Part shown: one piece after another, positions 46,583 through 58,102 of the stretch
Layout of the letters: every line of letters begins with the position of its first letter
Position numbering within the stretch: position 1 is the first letter of the stretch
DNA from: Escherichia coli
GTDB lineage: Bacteria; Pseudomonadota; Gammaproteobacteria; Enterobacterales; Enterobacteriaceae
NCBI RefSeq assembly: GCF_003019035.1
Contig: NZ_CP027447.1
DNA length: 64,000 nt
Reading direction: 5' to 3' (one strand)
Notes under the pieces: model-generated
Databases searched by the model: none
Told to the model about the DNA's origin: nothing
What the model saw: only the letters and a program-made list of their open reading frames with translations
Translations under genes and position numbers: made by a program

Positions 46583-47182
46583 ATGAACAAACACACCGAA
46601 CATGATACTCGCGAACATCTCCTGGCGACGGGCGAGCAACTTTGCCTGCAACGTGGATTCACCGGGATGGGGCTAAGCGAACTCCTAAAAACTGCTGAAG
46701 TGCCGAAAGGGTCCTTCTATCACTACTTTCGCTCTAAAGAAGCGTTTGGCGTTGCCATGCTTGAGCGCCATTACGCCGCATATCACCAGCGACTGACTGA
46801 GTTGCTGCAATCCGGCGAAGGTAACTACCGCGACCGCATACTGGCTTATTACCAGCAAACACTGAACCAGTTTTGCCAACATGGAACCATCAGTGGTTGC
46901 CTGACAGTAAAACTCTCTGCCGAAGTGTGCGATCTGTCAGAAGATATGCGTAGCGCGATGGATAAAGGCGCTCGCGGCGTGATCGCCCTGCTCTCGCAGG
47001 CGCTGGAAAATGGCCGTGATAGCCATTGTTTAACCTTTTGTGGCGAACCGCTGCAACAGGCACAAGTGCTTTACGCACTATGGCTGGGTGCGAATCTGCA
47101 GGCCAAAATTTCGCGCAATTCCGAGCCACTGGAAAACGCGCTGGCACATGTAAAAACTATTATTGCGACGCCTGCCGTTTAG
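46583..47182 (+). CDS. nemR: TetR-family repressor NemR
   Basis: 199 aa with an N-terminal TetR HTH. Confidence 0.9.
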   Translation: MNKHTEHDTREHLLATGEQLCLQRGFTGMGLSELLKTAEVPKGSFYHYFRSKEAFGVAMLERHYAAYHQRLTELLQSGEGNYRDRILAYYQQTLNQFCQHGTISGCLTVKLSAEVCDLSEDMRSAMDKGARGVIALLSQALENGRDSHCLTFCGEPLQQAQVLYALWLGANLQAKISRNSEPLENALAHVKTIIATPAV

Positions 47183-47218
47183 CAGGCATTTTTTATCACC
47201 AGACGACCGGGAGCCTTT

Positions 47219-48316
47219 ATGTCATCTGAAAAACTGTATTCCCCACTGAAAGTGGGCGCAATAACTGCGGCAAACCGTATTTTTATGGCACCGCTGACGC
47301 GTCTGCGCAGTATTGAACCGGGTGACATCCCTACCCCGTTGATGGCGGAATACTATCGCCAACGTGCCAGTGCCGGTTTGATTATTAGCGAAGCCACGCA
47401 AATTTCTGCCCAGGCAAAAGGATATGCAGGTGCGCCTGGCATCCATAGTCCGGAACAAATTGCCGCATGGAAAAAAATTACCGCTGGCGTTCATGCTGAA
47501 AATGGTCATATGGCCGTACAGCTGTGGCACACCGGACGCATTTCTCACGCCAGCCTGCAACCTGGCGGTCAGGCACCGGTAGCGCCTTCAGCACTTAGCG
47601 CGGGAACTCGTACTTCTCTGCGCGATGAAAATGGTCAGGCGATCCGTGTTGAAACATCCATGCCGCGTGCGCTTGAACTGGAAGAGATTCCGGGTATCGT
47701 CAATGATTTCCGTCGGACCATTGCTAACGCGCGTGAAGCCGGTTTTGATCTGGTAGAGCTCCACTCTGCTCACGGTTATTTGCTACATCAGTTCCTTTCC
47801 CCTTCTTCAAACCATCGTACCGATCAGTACGGCGGCAGCGTGGAAAATCGCGCACGTCTGGTGCTGGAAGTGGTCGATGCAGGGATTGAAGAATGGGGTG
47901 CCGATCGCATTGGCATTCGCGTTTCGCCAATCGGTACTTTCCAGAACACAGATAACGGCCCGAATGAAGAAGCCGATGCACTGTATCTGATTGAACAACT
48001 GGGTAAACGCGGCATTGCTTATCTGCATATGTCAGAACCAGATTGGGCGGGGGGTGAACCGTATACTGATGCGTTCCGCGAAAAAGTACGCGCCCGTTTC
48101 CACGGTCCGATTATCGGCGCAGGTGCATACACGGTAGAAAAAGCCGAAACGCTGATCGGCAAAGGGTTAATTGATGCGGTGGCATTTGGTCGTGACTGGA
48201 TTGCAAACCCGGATCTGGTCGCCCGCTTGCAGCGCAAAGCTGAGCTTAACCCACAGCGTGCCGAAAGTTTTTACGGTGGCGGCGCGGAAGGCTACACGGA
48301 TTACCCGACGCTGTAA
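47219..48316 (+). CDS. nemA: N-ethylmaleimide reductase (Old Yellow Enzyme family)
   Basis: 365 aa [28 protein letters not shown]... Confidence 0.9.
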
Positions 48317-48396
48317 TCCAACATTGCGAGCGGCGCAAAGCCGCCGCTATACTAAAACAACATTTTGAATCTGTTAGCCATTTTGAGGATATAAAG

Positions 48397-48804
48397 ATGC
48401 GTCTTCTTCATACCATGCTGCGCGTTGGCGATCTGCAACGCTCCATCGATTTTTATACCAAAGTACTGGGCATGAAACTGCTGCGTACCAGCGAAAACCC
48501 GGAATACAAATACTCACTGGCGTTTGTTGGCTACGGCCCGGAAACCGAAGAAGCGGTGATTGAACTGACCTACAACTGGGGCGTGGATAAATACGAACTC
48601 GGCACTGCTTATGGTCACATCGCGCTTAGCGTTGATAACGCCGCTGAAGCGTGCGAAAAAATCCGTCAAAACGGGGGTAACGTGACCCGTGAAGCGGGTC
48701 CGGTAAAAGGCGGTACTACGGTTATCGCGTTTGTGGAAGATCCGGACGGTTACAAAATTGAGTTAATCGAAGAGAAAGACGCCGGTCGCGGTCTGGGCAA
48801 CTAA
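48397..48804 (+). CDS. gloA: Glyoxalase I (lactoylglutathione lyase)
   Basis: 135 aa [30 protein letters not shown]... Confidence 0.9.
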
Positions 48805-48906
48805 TCTCCTGCCGGGCGTGAACTCCTCGCGCCCGCATCTTTACTGCATCGACAAGTAATATTTGTCATAATGCGCGCTGCAATTTATCCGTATTAAGAG
48901 AATCAG

Positions 48907-49554
48907 ATGTCCGATAACGCTCAACTTACCGGTCTGTGCGACCGTTTTCGTGGTTTTTATCCTGTTGTGATCGATGTTGAAACAGCCGGATTTAACGCCA
49001 AAACCGATGCGCTGCTTGAGATTGCCGCCATCACCCTGAAAATGGATGAACAAGGCTGGCTGATGCCGGACACCACATTACATTTCCACGTCGAACCATT
49101 TGTCGGCGCAAATTTGCAGCCAGAGGCCCTCGCCTTCAACGGTATTGACCCGAACGATCCCGATCGCGGCGCGGTCAGCGAATACGAGGCGCTGCACGAA
49201 ATTTTTAAAGTTGTACGTAAAGGCATTAAAGCGAGCGGCTGTAACCGCGCCATTATGGTGGCGCACAACGCCAATTTCGATCACAGCTTTATGATGGCCG
49301 CCGCAGAACGCGCCTCACTGAAACGTAACCCGTTCCACCCTTTCGCCACTTTTGACACTGCTGCACTGGCCGGGCTGGCACTCGGACAAACCGTATTGTC
49401 AAAGGCTTGCCAGACCGCTGGCATGGACTTCGACAGCACCCAGGCGCACTCCGCGTTGTACGACACCGAACGCACTGCTGTGCTGTTTTGTGAAATCGTC
49501 AACCGCTGGAAACGTCTGGGAGGCTGGCCGCTACCTGCCGCCGAAGAGGTGTAA
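48907..49554 (+). CDS. rnt: Ribonuclease T
   Basis: 215 aa DEDD exonuclease (...[12 protein letters not shown]...). Confidence 0.9.
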
Positions 49555-49646
49555 TCGAGTCGATGCCTGATGACATGCAATGATTCAGGCATCTATAGTG
49601 AGGCTATTCCACGCATCATGCATGATATTCACGGGGAATAGCGTTA

Positions 49647-52600
49647 ATGGCAGATAATCTAAACCCTTCATCGCCCCTGCCGGACGTGTTTTCACCGGCG
49701 ACCCGCGACTGGTTTCTTCGCGCCTTTAAACAGCCGACCGCTGTCCAGTCGCAAACCTGGCATGTGGCGGCGCGAGGCGAACATGCGCTGGTGATTGCAC
49801 CGACTGGCTCCGGGAAAACGCTGGCAGCATTTCTCTACGCCCTCGATCAGCTCTTCCGCGAAGGCGGCGAAGATACCCGCGAGGCGCATAAGCGTAAAAC
49901 CTCACGCATTCTCTATATTTCACCGATCAAAGCTCTGGGCACCGACGTTCAGCGCAACTTGCAGATCCCGTTACAGGGTATTGCCGATGAACGGCGGCGG
50001 CGCGGCGAAACGGAAGTCAATCTTCGCGTGGCGATCCGTACTGGCGATACGCCTGCACAGGAACGCAGCAAACTCACCCGTAATCCGCCGGATATTCTGA
50101 TCACCACACCCGAATCACTCTATCTGATGCTGACCTCCCGCGCGCGCGAAACGCTACGCGGCGTCGAAACGGTAATTATTGATGAAGTCCACGCGGTAGC
50201 GGGCAGTAAACGTGGTGCGCATCTGGCGTTAAGTCTGGAGCGGCTCGATGCGCTGCTCCACACCTCAGCACAGCGAATTGGCCTTTCTGCCACTGTACGC
50301 TCAGCCAGCGATGTGGCAGCATTTCTTGGTGGCGATCGCCCGGTTACGGTAGTCAACCCGCCCGCAATGCGCCATCCGCAGATACGGATTGTCGTACCGG
50401 TCGCCAATATGGATGATGTCTCATCGGTCGCCAGCGGCACCGGCGAAGACAGCCATGCCAGCCGGGAAGGCTCCATCTGGCCATATATTGAAACGGGTAT
50501 CCTTGATGAAGTTTTGCGCCATCGCTCGACCATTGTCTTTACTAATTCGCGGGGGCTGGCGGAAAAACTGACGGCACGATTGAATGAGCTTTACGCCGCT
50601 CGCTTACAGCGTTCCCCGTCTATCGCCGTTGATGCGGCCCATTTCGAGTCGACCTCCGGCGCAACCTCTAACCGTGTACAAAGTAGCGACATTTTTATTG
50701 CCCGCTCACACCACGGCTCCGTCTCTAAAGAACAACGAGCAATCACCGAACAGGCGCTGAAATCGGGTGAATTACGCTGCGTGGTCGCAACCTCCAGTCT
50801 CGAACTGGGGATTGATATGGGCGCGGTGGATCTGGTGATTCAGGTGGCGACGCCGCTTTCTGTTGCCAGTGGGTTACAACGCATTGGACGTGCCGGACAT
50901 CAGGTTGGCGGTGTATCTAAAGGGCTTTTTTTCCCCCGAACCCGGCGTGACTTAGTCGATTCCGCAGTCATTGTAGAGTGTATGTTCGCAGGCAGGCTGG
51001 AAAACCTGACACCACCGCATAATCCACTCGACGTCCTTGCGCAGCAAACCGTTGCCGCCGCGGCGATGGATGCATTACAGGTAGACGAATGGTACTCCCG
51101 CGTACGCCGTGCCGCACCGTGGAAAGATCTGCCAGGACGTGTTTTTGACGCCACGCTGGATATGCTTTCCGGGCGCTATCCCTCTGGCGATTTTTCTGCT
51201 TTTCGCCCCAAACTAGTCTGGAACAGGGAGACCGGGATATTGACCGCCCGACCTGGCGCTCAATTGTTGGCGGTTACCAGCGGCGGCACCATTCCGGATC
51301 GTGGCATGTATAGCGTGTTATTACCCGAAGGTGAAGAACAGGCCGGTTCGCGGCGGGTGGGTGAACTGGATGAGGAGATGGTATATGAGTCACGGGTGAA
51401 CGATATTATCACTCTTGGCGCAACCTCATGGCGGATCCAGCAAATCACCCGCGATCAGGTGATTGTGACTCCTGCTCCAGGTCGTTCTGCCCGCCTTCCC
51501 TTCTGGCGTGGTGAAGGTAACGGACGTCCGGCAGAATTAGGCGAGATGATCGGCGATTTTCTCCATTTACTGGCGGATGGCGCGTTCTTTTCCGGGACTA
51601 TTCCCCCGTGGTTGGCAGAAGAAAATACGATCGCCAATATTCAGGGGTTGATTGACGAGCAGCGCAACGCGACGGGTATCGTTCCAGGTAGTCGTCATCT
51701 TGTCCTCGAACGGTGCCGTGATGAAATTGGTGACTGGCGTATTATTTTGCACTCTCCCTATGGAAGACGGGTGCATGAACCCTGGGCGCTGGCGATTGCC
51801 GGGCGAATACATGCACTATGGGGCGCTGACGCGTCTGTGGTTGCCAGTGATGACGGCATTGTTGCGCGCATTCCTGACACCGATGGTAAATTGCCTGATG
51901 CCGCGATTTTTTTGTTTGAACCAGAAAAGTTGCTGCAAATTGTCCGCGAGGCGGTAGGCAGCTCGGCACTTTTCGCCGCCCGTTTTCGCGAATGCGCCGC
52001 GCGGGCATTATTAATGCCGGGCCGCACGCCGGGCCATCGCACCCCGCTCTGGCAACAACGACTGCGCGCCAGTCAGTTGCTGGAAATCGCTCAGGGATAT
52101 CCGGATTTTCCGGTCATTCTCGAAACCCTACGCGAATGTCTGCAAGATGTTTATGATCTTCCCGCGCTGGAACGTTTGATGCGTCGCCTGAACGGTGGCG
52201 AAATTCAAATATCCGATGTAACGACCACTACGCCCTCGCCTTTCGCCGCCAGTTTATTGTTCGGCTATGTCGCGGAATTTATGTACCAGAGCGACGCCCC
52301 GCTGGCAGAGCGCCGGGCATCCGTACTGTCGCTGGACAGCGAGTTACTGCGCAATCTACTCGGACAGGTCGAACCGGGGGAATTACTCGACCCGCAGGTC
52401 ATTCGCCAGGTGGAAGAAGAGTTGCAACGACTGGCTCCTGGCAGAAGAGCGAAAGGTGAAGAAGGATTGTTCGACCTGCTGCGCGAACTGGGGCCAATGA
52501 CCGTTGAAGACCTGGCGCAACGGCATACAGGCAGCAGTGAAGAGATTGCGTCGTATCTGGAAAATCTTCTTGCAGTAAAACGAATCTTCCCGACGATGAT

Positions 52601-54263
52601 TAGCGGGCAGGAGCGTCTTGCCTGTATGGATGATGCCGCCAGGCTGCGCGATGCCCTCGGCGTACGACTACCAGAGTCACTGCCAGAGATTTATTTGCAC
52701 CGAGTCAGTTACCCGCTTCGCGACCTCTTTCTGCGCTATCTCCGGGCTCATGCTCTGGTCACGGCTGAACAACTGGCTCATGAGTTTAGTCTCGGTATTG
52801 CCATTGTCGAAGAGCAACTTCAGCAACTGCGCGAACAGGGTCTGGTGATGAATCTGCAACAAGACATCTGGGTGAGCGATGAAGTATTTCGTCGTCTGCG
52901 TTTGCGCTCGCTGCAAGCCGCCAGAGAAGCGACACGTCCCGTTGCGGCCACGACCTATGCGCGATTGCTGCTGGAACGTCAGGGCGTATTACCCGCCACC
53001 GATGGTAGCCCGGCACTCTTTGCCTCAACATCGCCAGGCGTTTATGAGGGCGTGGATGGCGTGATGCGGGTGATCGAACAGCTTGCTGGCGTTGGTTTAC
53101 CCGCCTCACTCTGGGAAAGCCAGATCCTGCCTGCCCGCGTACGCGACTATTCGCCAGAAATGCTCGATGAATTACTGGCAACCGGAGCGGTTATCTGGTC
53201 GGGGCAAAAAAAGCTGGGTGAAGATGACGGCCTGGTGGCACTGCATCTACAGGAATATGCCGCAGAATCGTTCACTCCCGCCGAAGCGGATCAGGCGAAT
53301 CGTTCGGCGCTGCAGCAAGCGATAGTCGCTGTTCTGGCTAACGGAGGAGCCTGGTTTGCACAACAAATCAGCCAACGGATACGCGATAAAATCGGCGAAT
53401 CGGTTGATCCCTCGGCACTGCAAGAGGCGTTATGGGCGCTGGTCTGGCAAGGCGTCATCACCAGCGATATTTGGGCACCGTTACGCGCCCTCACCCGCAG
53501 CAGTTCCAACGCACGCACCTCAACTCGCCGCAGTCACCGGGCTCGTCGTGGGCGTCCTGTCTATGCGCAACCCGTCTCGCCGCTGGTATCTTACAACACA
53601 CCAAAGCTGGCCGGACGCTGGTCGTTATTGCAGGTGGAGCCACTAAACGATACCGAAAGGATGCTGGCGCTGGCGGAAAATATGCTCGACCGCTACGGCA
53701 TCATCAGTCGTCAGGCGGTGATAGCCGAAAATATCCCTGGCGGTTTTCCATCGATGCAAACGCTTTGTCGAAGTATGGAAGACTCCGGGCGAATTATGCG
53801 GGGTCGTTTTGTAGAAGGTCTGGGTGGCGCGCAATTCGCTGAACGTCTGACTATTGACCGATTGCGTGACCTGGCGACACAAACCGCGCAAACGCGCCAC
53901 TATACACCAGTGGCGCTCTCCGCCAACGATCCGGCTAATGTGTGGGGAAATCTTCTGCCCTGGCCTGCACATCCGGCAACGCTGGTTCCAACGCGTCGGG
54001 CGGGTGCGCTGGTGGTCGTTTCTGGCGGCAAATTGTTACTTTATCTGGCGCAAGGTGGCAAAAAAATGCTGGTCTGGCAGGAAAAAGAGGAATTACTCGC
54101 CCCAGAGGTTTTCCACGCGCTGACTACCGCACTGCGTCGCGAACCACGGCTGCGCTTTACGCTGACAGAAGTGAATGATCTACCAGTCCGACAAACGCCG
54201 ATGTTTACGCTGCTGCGTGAGGCGGGATTTTCAAGTTCGCCACAAGGGCTGGATTGGGGATAG
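49647..54263 (+). CDS. lhr: Large ATP-dependent helicase-related protein Lhr
   Basis: 1538 aa; DEAD/DEAH helicase motifs (APTGSGKT, DEVH). Confidence 0.9.
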   Translation: MADNLNPSSPLPDVFSPATRDWFLRAFKQPTAVQSQTWHVAARGEHALVIAPTGSGKTLAAFLYALDQLFREGGEDTREAHKRKTSRILYISPIKALGTDVQRNLQIPLQGIADERRRRGETEVNLRVAIRTGDTPAQERSKLTRNPPDILITTPESLYLMLTSRARETLRGVETVIIDEVHAVAGSKRGAHLALSLERLDALLHTSAQRIGLSATVRSASDVAAFLGGDRPVTVVNPPAMRHPQIRIVVPVANMDDVSSVASGTGEDSHASREGSIWPYIETGILDEVLRHRSTIVFTNSRGLAEKLTARLNELYAARLQRSPSIAVDAAHFESTSGATSNRVQSSDIFIARSHHGSVSKEQRAITEQALKSGELRCVVATSSLELGIDMGAVDLVIQVATPLSVASGLQRIGRAGHQVGGVSKGLFFPRTRRDLVDSAVIVECMFAGRLENLTPPHNPLDVLAQQTVAAAAMDALQVDEWYSRVRRAAPWKDLPGRVFDATLDMLSGRYPSGDFSAFRPKLVWNRETGILTARPGAQLLAVTSGGTIPDRGMYSVLLPEGEEQAGSRRVGELDEEMVYESRVNDIITLGATSWRIQQITRDQVIVTPAPGRSARLPFWRGEGNGRPAELGEMIGDFLHLLADGAFFSGTIPPWLAEENTIANIQGLIDEQRNATGIVPGSRHLVLERCRDEIGDWRIILHSPYGRRVHEPWALAIAGRIHALWGADASVVASDDGIVARIPDTDGKLPDAAIFLFEPEKLLQIVREAVGSSALFAARFRECAARALLMPGRTPGHRTPLWQQRLRASQLLEIAQGYPDFPVILETLRECLQDVYDLPALERLMRRLNGGEIQISDVTTTTPSPFAASLLFGYVAEFMYQSDAPLAERRASVLSLDSELLRNLLGQVEPGELLDPQVIRQVEEELQRLAPGRRAKGEEGLFDLLRELGPMTVEDLAQRHTGSSEEIASYLENLLAVKRIFPTMISGQERLACMDDAARLRDALGVRLPESLPEIYLHRVSYPLRDLFLRYLRAHALVTAEQLAHEFSLGIAIVEEQLQQLREQGLVMNLQQDIWVSDEVFRRLRLRSLQAAREATRPVAATTYARLLLERQGVLPATDGSPALFASTSPGVYEGVDGVMRVIEQLAGVGLPASLWESQILPARVRDYSPEMLDELLATGAVIWSGQKKLGEDDGLVALHLQEYAAESFTPAEADQANRSALQQAIVAVLANGGAWFAQQISQRIRDKIGESVDPSALQEALWALVWQGVITSDIWAPLRALTRSSSNARTSTRRSHRARRGRPVYAQPVSPLVSYNTPKLAGRWSLLQVEPLNDTERMLALAENMLDRYGIISRQAVIAENIPGGFPSMQTLCRSMEDSGRIMRGRFVEGLGGAQFAERLTIDRLRDLATQTAQTRHYTPVALSANDPANVWGNLLPWPAHPATLVPTRRAGALVVVSGGKLLLYLAQGGKKMLVWQEKEELLAPEVFHALTTALRREPRLRFTLTEVNDLPVRQTPMFTLLREAGFSSSPQGLDWG

Positions 54264-54270
54264 ATAAAGA

Positions 54271-54300
54271 ACTGACGGATGCCCGTTCGCATCCGTCAGT
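54271..54300. terminator. Hairpin between convergent lhr and grxD
   Basis: ACTGACGGATGC-ccgttc-GCATCCGTCAGT, 12-bp stem; T-rich on the grxD side. Confidence 0.6.
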
Positions 54301-54313
54301 ATTGCAGGACGGA

Positions 54314-54661
54314 TTATTCCGCGTCCGGCTCTTCAGACTTGTATTTAGCGGCAGTTTCTTTGATCAGCTGCTGCAGTTCGCCACGCTGATACATTTCGAT
54401 CACGATATCACAACCGCCGACCAGCTCGCCGTCAACCCACAGTTGCGGGAAAGTCGGCCAGTTAGCATATTTCGGCAGTTCCGCACGAATGTCCGGATTC
54501 TGCAGGATATCAACATAGGCAAAACGTTCGCCACATGCGGCAAGCGCCTGGACTGCCTGGGCAGAGAAACCGCAGCTCGGCAGTTTCGGTGAACCTTTCA
54601 TGTACAGCAGGATCGGGTTTTCAGCAATCTGGCGTTGGATTTTTTCGATAGTGGTGCTCAT
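54314..54661 (-). CDS. grxD: Monothiol glutaredoxin 4
   Basis: 115 aa with CGFS active site (...GSPKLPSCGFSAQ...). Confidence 0.9.
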   Translation of the reverse strand: MSTTIEKIQRQIAENPILLYMKGSPKLPSCGFSAQAVQALAACGERFAYVDILQNPDIRAELPKYANWPTFPQLWVDGELVGGCDIVIEMYQRGELQQLIKETAAKYKSEEPDAE

Positions 54662-54995
54662 TGTCTTGCTTCCTCAAACTTCTTTACGGCAGTAATCTGA
54701 CATTGTAGCGGGTCAGTGCGGCATCGGAAAATAACATTTTCATCACGCTTTTGCTATTTTATCCCTTTGTTCTATTTGTTGCATTTCAAATATTCGTTTC
54801 TTCCCTTATGCACGGCAAACTGGCGTGTTTATAACCATTTTTAGCTTTCACTGCTGCATTTTTTTGCGCTCGCCGACGAAACGTATTTTTTAACAATAAA
54901 AGCTATTAACTTTCTCTTCTTCTATGCATTAGAATCATCAAGTTTTGTAAATCAGACGCAGGCATGATAGACCTGCCTTAACAGAGGGACGCTCA

Positions 54996-55823
54996 GTGGC
55001 GCGGATAAACCGTATTTCGATCACGCTCTGTGCTTTACTTTTTACCACCCTGCCTTTAACGCCTATGGCCCATGCTTCAAAGCAAGCCAGGGAGAGTTCT
55101 GCTACCACTCATATCACCAAAAAAGCAGATAAAAAGAAAAGCACGGCAACCACCAAAAAGACCCAGAAAGCCAGCCAGAAAACAGCGAAAAAAGCCGCCA
55201 GTAAAAGTACGATCAAAAGCAAAACCGCTTCTTCCGTTAAAAAATCTTCCATTACCGCTTCTAAAAACGCCAAAACTCGCAGCAAACACGCCGTCAATAA
55301 AACGGCCTCAGCCAACTTTACCGAAAAGTGTACCAAACGTAAGGGCTATAAATCGCATTGTGTGAAAGTCAAAACTGCCGCGTCAGGAACCCTTGCCGAC
55401 GCGCACAAAGCGAAGGTGCAAAAAGCCACGAAAGTGGCAATGAATAAACTGATGCAGCAAATTGGTAAGCCATATCGTTGGGGCGGCAGCTCACCGCGTA
55501 CCGGTTTTGATTGCAGCGGCCTGGTTTATTACGCTTATAAAGATTTGGTGAAAATTCGTATTCCGCGTACGGCGAATGAAATGTATCACCTGCGAGATGC
55601 AGCGCCAATCGAACGTAGTGAACTGAAAAACGGCGACCTGGTCTTTTTCCGTACTCAGGGACGCGGTACAGCCGATCATGTCGGCGTATATGTCGGCAAC
55701 GGCAAATTTATTCAGTCACCGCGTACGGGTCAGGAAATTCAAATCACTTCTCTCAGTGAAGACTACTGGCAGCGCCACTATGTTGGCGCTCGCCGGGTAA
55801 TGACCCCAAAAACACTTCGCTAA
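54996..55823 (+). CDS. mepH: NlpC/P60-family peptidoglycan DD-endopeptidase MepH
   Basis: 275 aa; signal peptide, Lys-rich linker, C-terminal NlpC/P60 domain (...FDCSGLVYYAY...). Confidence 0.85.
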   Translation: MARINRISITLCALLFTTLPLTPMAHASKQARESSATTHITKKADKKKSTATTKKTQKASQKTAKKAASKSTIKSKTASSVKKSSITASKNAKTRSKHAVNKTASANFTEKCTKRKGYKSHCVKVKTAASGTLADAHKAKVQKATKVAMNKLMQQIGKPYRWGGSSPRTGFDCSGLVYYAYKDLVKIRIPRTANEMYHLRDAAPIERSELKNGDLVFFRTQGRGTADHVGVYVGNGKFIQSPRTGQEIQITSLSEDYWQRHYVGARRVMTPKTLR

Positions 55824-55950
55824 AACTTTACCCTGTTGTTACGGCAACAGGGTAAGTTCATCTTTTGTCTCACCTTTTAATTTGCTACCCTATCCATACG
55901 CACAATAAGGCTATTGTACGTATGCAAATTAATAATAAAGGAGAGTAGCA

Positions 55951-56532
55951 ATGTCATTCGAATTACCTGCACTACCATATGCTAAAGATGCTCTGGCACC
56001 GCACATTTCTGCGGAAACCATCGAGTATCACTACGGCAAGCATCATCAGACTTATGTGACTAACCTGAACAACCTGATTAAAGGTACCGCGTTTGAAGGT
56101 AAATCACTGGAAGAGATTATTCGCAGCTCTGAAGGTGGCGTATTCAACAACGCAGCTCAGGTCTGGAACCATACTTTCTACTGGAACTGCCTGGCACCGA
56201 ACGCGGGTGGCGAACCGACTGGAAAAGTCGCTGAAGCTATCGCCGCATCTTTTGGCAGCTTTGCCGATTTCAAAGCTCAGTTTACTGATGCAGCGATCAA
56301 AAACTTTGGTTCTGGCTGGACCTGGCTGGTGAAAAACAGCGATGGCAAGCTGGCTATCGTTTCAACCTCTAACGCGGGTACTCCACTGACCACCGATGCA
56401 ACTCCGCTGCTGACCGTTGATGTCTGGGAACACGCTTATTACATCGACTATCGCAATGCACGTCCTGGCTATCTGGAGCACTTCTGGGCGCTGGTGAACT
56501 GGGAATTCGTAGCGAAAAATCTCGCTGCATAA
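55951..56532 (+). CDS. sodB: Fe superoxide dismutase
   Basis: 193 aa [35 protein letters not shown]... Confidence 0.95.
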   Translation: MSFELPALPYAKDALAPHISAETIEYHYGKHHQTYVTNLNNLIKGTAFEGKSLEEIIRSSEGGVFNNAAQVWNHTFYWNCLAPNAGGEPTGKVAEAIAASFGSFADFKAQFTDAAIKNFGSGWTWLVKNSDGKLAIVSTSNAGTPLTTDATPLLTVDVWEHAYYIDYRNARPGYLEHFWALVNWEFVAKNLAA

Positions 56533-56554
56533 TAACTGATGGCAAATGCAGCAT

Positions 56555-56616
56555 TGCCTGATGCGCTTCGCTTACCATGCCAACACGGATGAGTCGTTAA
56601 CACCGCATCCGGCAAG
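56555..56616. repeat. REP-like extragenic palindromic sequence
   Basis: GCCTGATGCGCTTCGCTTACC...CACCGCATCCGGCAAG resembles REP units; after sodB. Confidence 0.4.
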
Positions 56617-56643
56617 ATAAATCGCACGTTGCCAGCAACTGTA

Positions 56644-56675
56644 ACGCAGAAGGTTATCCTTCTGCGTTTTTGTTT
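56644..56675. terminator. Rho-independent terminator after sodB (near the convergent ydhP end)
   Basis: ACGCAGAAGG-ttat-CCTTCTGCGT followed by TTTTTGTTT. Confidence 0.7.
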
Positions 56676-56677
56676 AA

Positions 56678-57847
56678 TTAGCTGTTGGCAACGCAAACTG
56701 TTTCAGGTTGTTTTCTGGCTGACATAAACACCAGCAATAATGCCAGTCCCGCGACAATCGCCCCCATCACCGGCACAAAGCTGTATCCCAGCCCAGCAGA
56801 AATTACCGCACCACCAGCAGCTGCTCCCAGCGCATTTCCAAGATTAAAGGCACCAATATTGACTGATGAAGACAGACCTGGCGCTTCACTGGCGACACGC
56901 ATCACGCGCATCTGTAACGGCGGTACGACCGCAAAGGTTGCAGCGCCCCACACCACCATGCTAATAGCTGCGCCGAACTCATTGCGGGCCAGGAACGGGA
57001 TTGCCAGCATAATCACCATCAGCAGCAACAAAAAGCCTTTCAACGTGCCGTTAACTGAACGATCTGCCAGTTTGCCGCCGAGATAGTTACCGATAGAGAA
57101 TCCGACACCAATCAGCACCAGCATTGCTGTGACGAACACCGGTGTTGCGTGGGTAATACTTTGCAGTACCGGAGAGATATAGGTGTAGAGGGTAAACATT
57201 GCACCAGCTCCCAGTACCGTCGTCAGCAATGCAGACCGCACCTGCGGACGCATTAATACCGCCAGCTCTTTTTTCACTTCAGGTCGTGCCCCTGCACCAC
57301 CTTTAGGTAATGAGAAGAACAGACTTACCATTGAAATCACGCCCAGCCCCGCCGTTGCCAGAAATGACATCCGCCAGCCGATGGTTTCACCCAACCAGGT
57401 CGCCGCCGGCACGCCACCGATATTTGCCAGGGTTAACCCCATAAACATAGTGGCAACTGCGCTGGCCTGTTTATGTTTTGGCACCACGCTTGCGGCCACG
57501 ACTGAACCCAAACCAAAAAATGCTCCGTGATTCAGGCTGGTCAAAATGCGAGAAAGCATCAGGGTCATATAATCCGGCGCGATGGCGGAAAGTACGTTGC
57601 CGAGCGTGAAAATCGCCATCAGGAAAATCAACGCACTGCGGCGGGCACGATGAGAAAGTAGAAGCGTCATCAGCGGCGCGCCCACCATTACGCCAACTGC
57701 ATAGGCACTGATTAACATTCCGGCAGCGGGAATCGAGACATCTACACCGCGCGCAATGACGGGCAACAAGCCCATTGGCGAGAACTCCGTTGTCCCGATA
57801 CCAAACGCGCCAATCGCCAGCGCCAGCAACGGATAGTTAATTTTCAT
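56678..57847 (-). CDS. ydhP: MFS transporter YdhP
   Basis: 389 aa, 12-TM-like hydrophobic profile. Confidence 0.85.
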   Translation of the reverse strand: MKINYPLLALAIGAFGIGTTEFSPMGLLPVIARGVDVSIPAAGMLISAYAVGVMVGAPLMTLLLSHRARRSALIFLMAIFTLGNVLSAIAPDYMTLMLSRILTSLNHGAFFGLGSVVAASVVPKHKQASAVATMFMGLTLANIGGVPAATWLGETIGWRMSFLATAGLGVISMVSLFFSLPKGGAGARPEVKKELAVLMRPQVRSALLTTVLGAGAMFTLYTYISPVLQSITHATPVFVTAMLVLIGVGFSIGNYLGGKLADRSVNGTLKGFLLLLMVIMLAIPFLARNEFGAAISMVVWGAATFAVVPPLQMRVMRVASEAPGLSSSVNIGAFNLGNALGAAAGGAVISAGLGYSFVPVMGAIVAGLALLLVFMSARKQPETVCVANS

Positions 57848-58012
57848 GCCTTATCTCCACCTCTTCGCGTCATTACGCGATATTCATTAAAGTGGCGAAA
57901 GCATGACAGCAATCACAAAAAAATGAAAATAACAAAAAGAGAAAACACTTTTGCCATTTTGCTAACAAACAGGAAGGAGATGCGAGGGAGAGCGCGCTCC
58001 CTCGAGAGGAAA

Positions 58013-58102
58013 TCAGTGCAGCGCGGCAGTCAAACCCACGGCCACGATCAAACCGAGGACGATAATCGTTGTTACCAGTGAAAATTTAAGGTCGGTGCTC
58101 AT
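58013..58102 (-). CDS. ynhF: Small membrane protein YnhF (29 aa)
   Basis: Not in the ORF track; reverse-complement translation gives MSTDLKFSLVTTIIVLGLIVAVGLTAALH. Confidence 0.6.
   Translation of the reverse strand: MSTDLKFSLVTTIIVLGLIVAVGLTAALH

Noticed and set aside
49692-54178. Numerous 60-130 codon ORFs on both strands inside lhr (for example 49692..49889, 50120..50533, 52786..53181)
   Set aside because: They lie within or antisense to a long, well-supported helicase gene and show no start signals; they are the expected by-product of GC-rich coding sequence.
55072-55365. Lys-rich low-complexity stretch in the N-terminal part of mepH flagged as a possible repeat or foreign insertion
   Set aside because: It is the native flexible linker of the NlpC/P60 endopeptidase; the alternative-frame ORFs here reflect the repetitive AAA/AAG-rich coding sequence.
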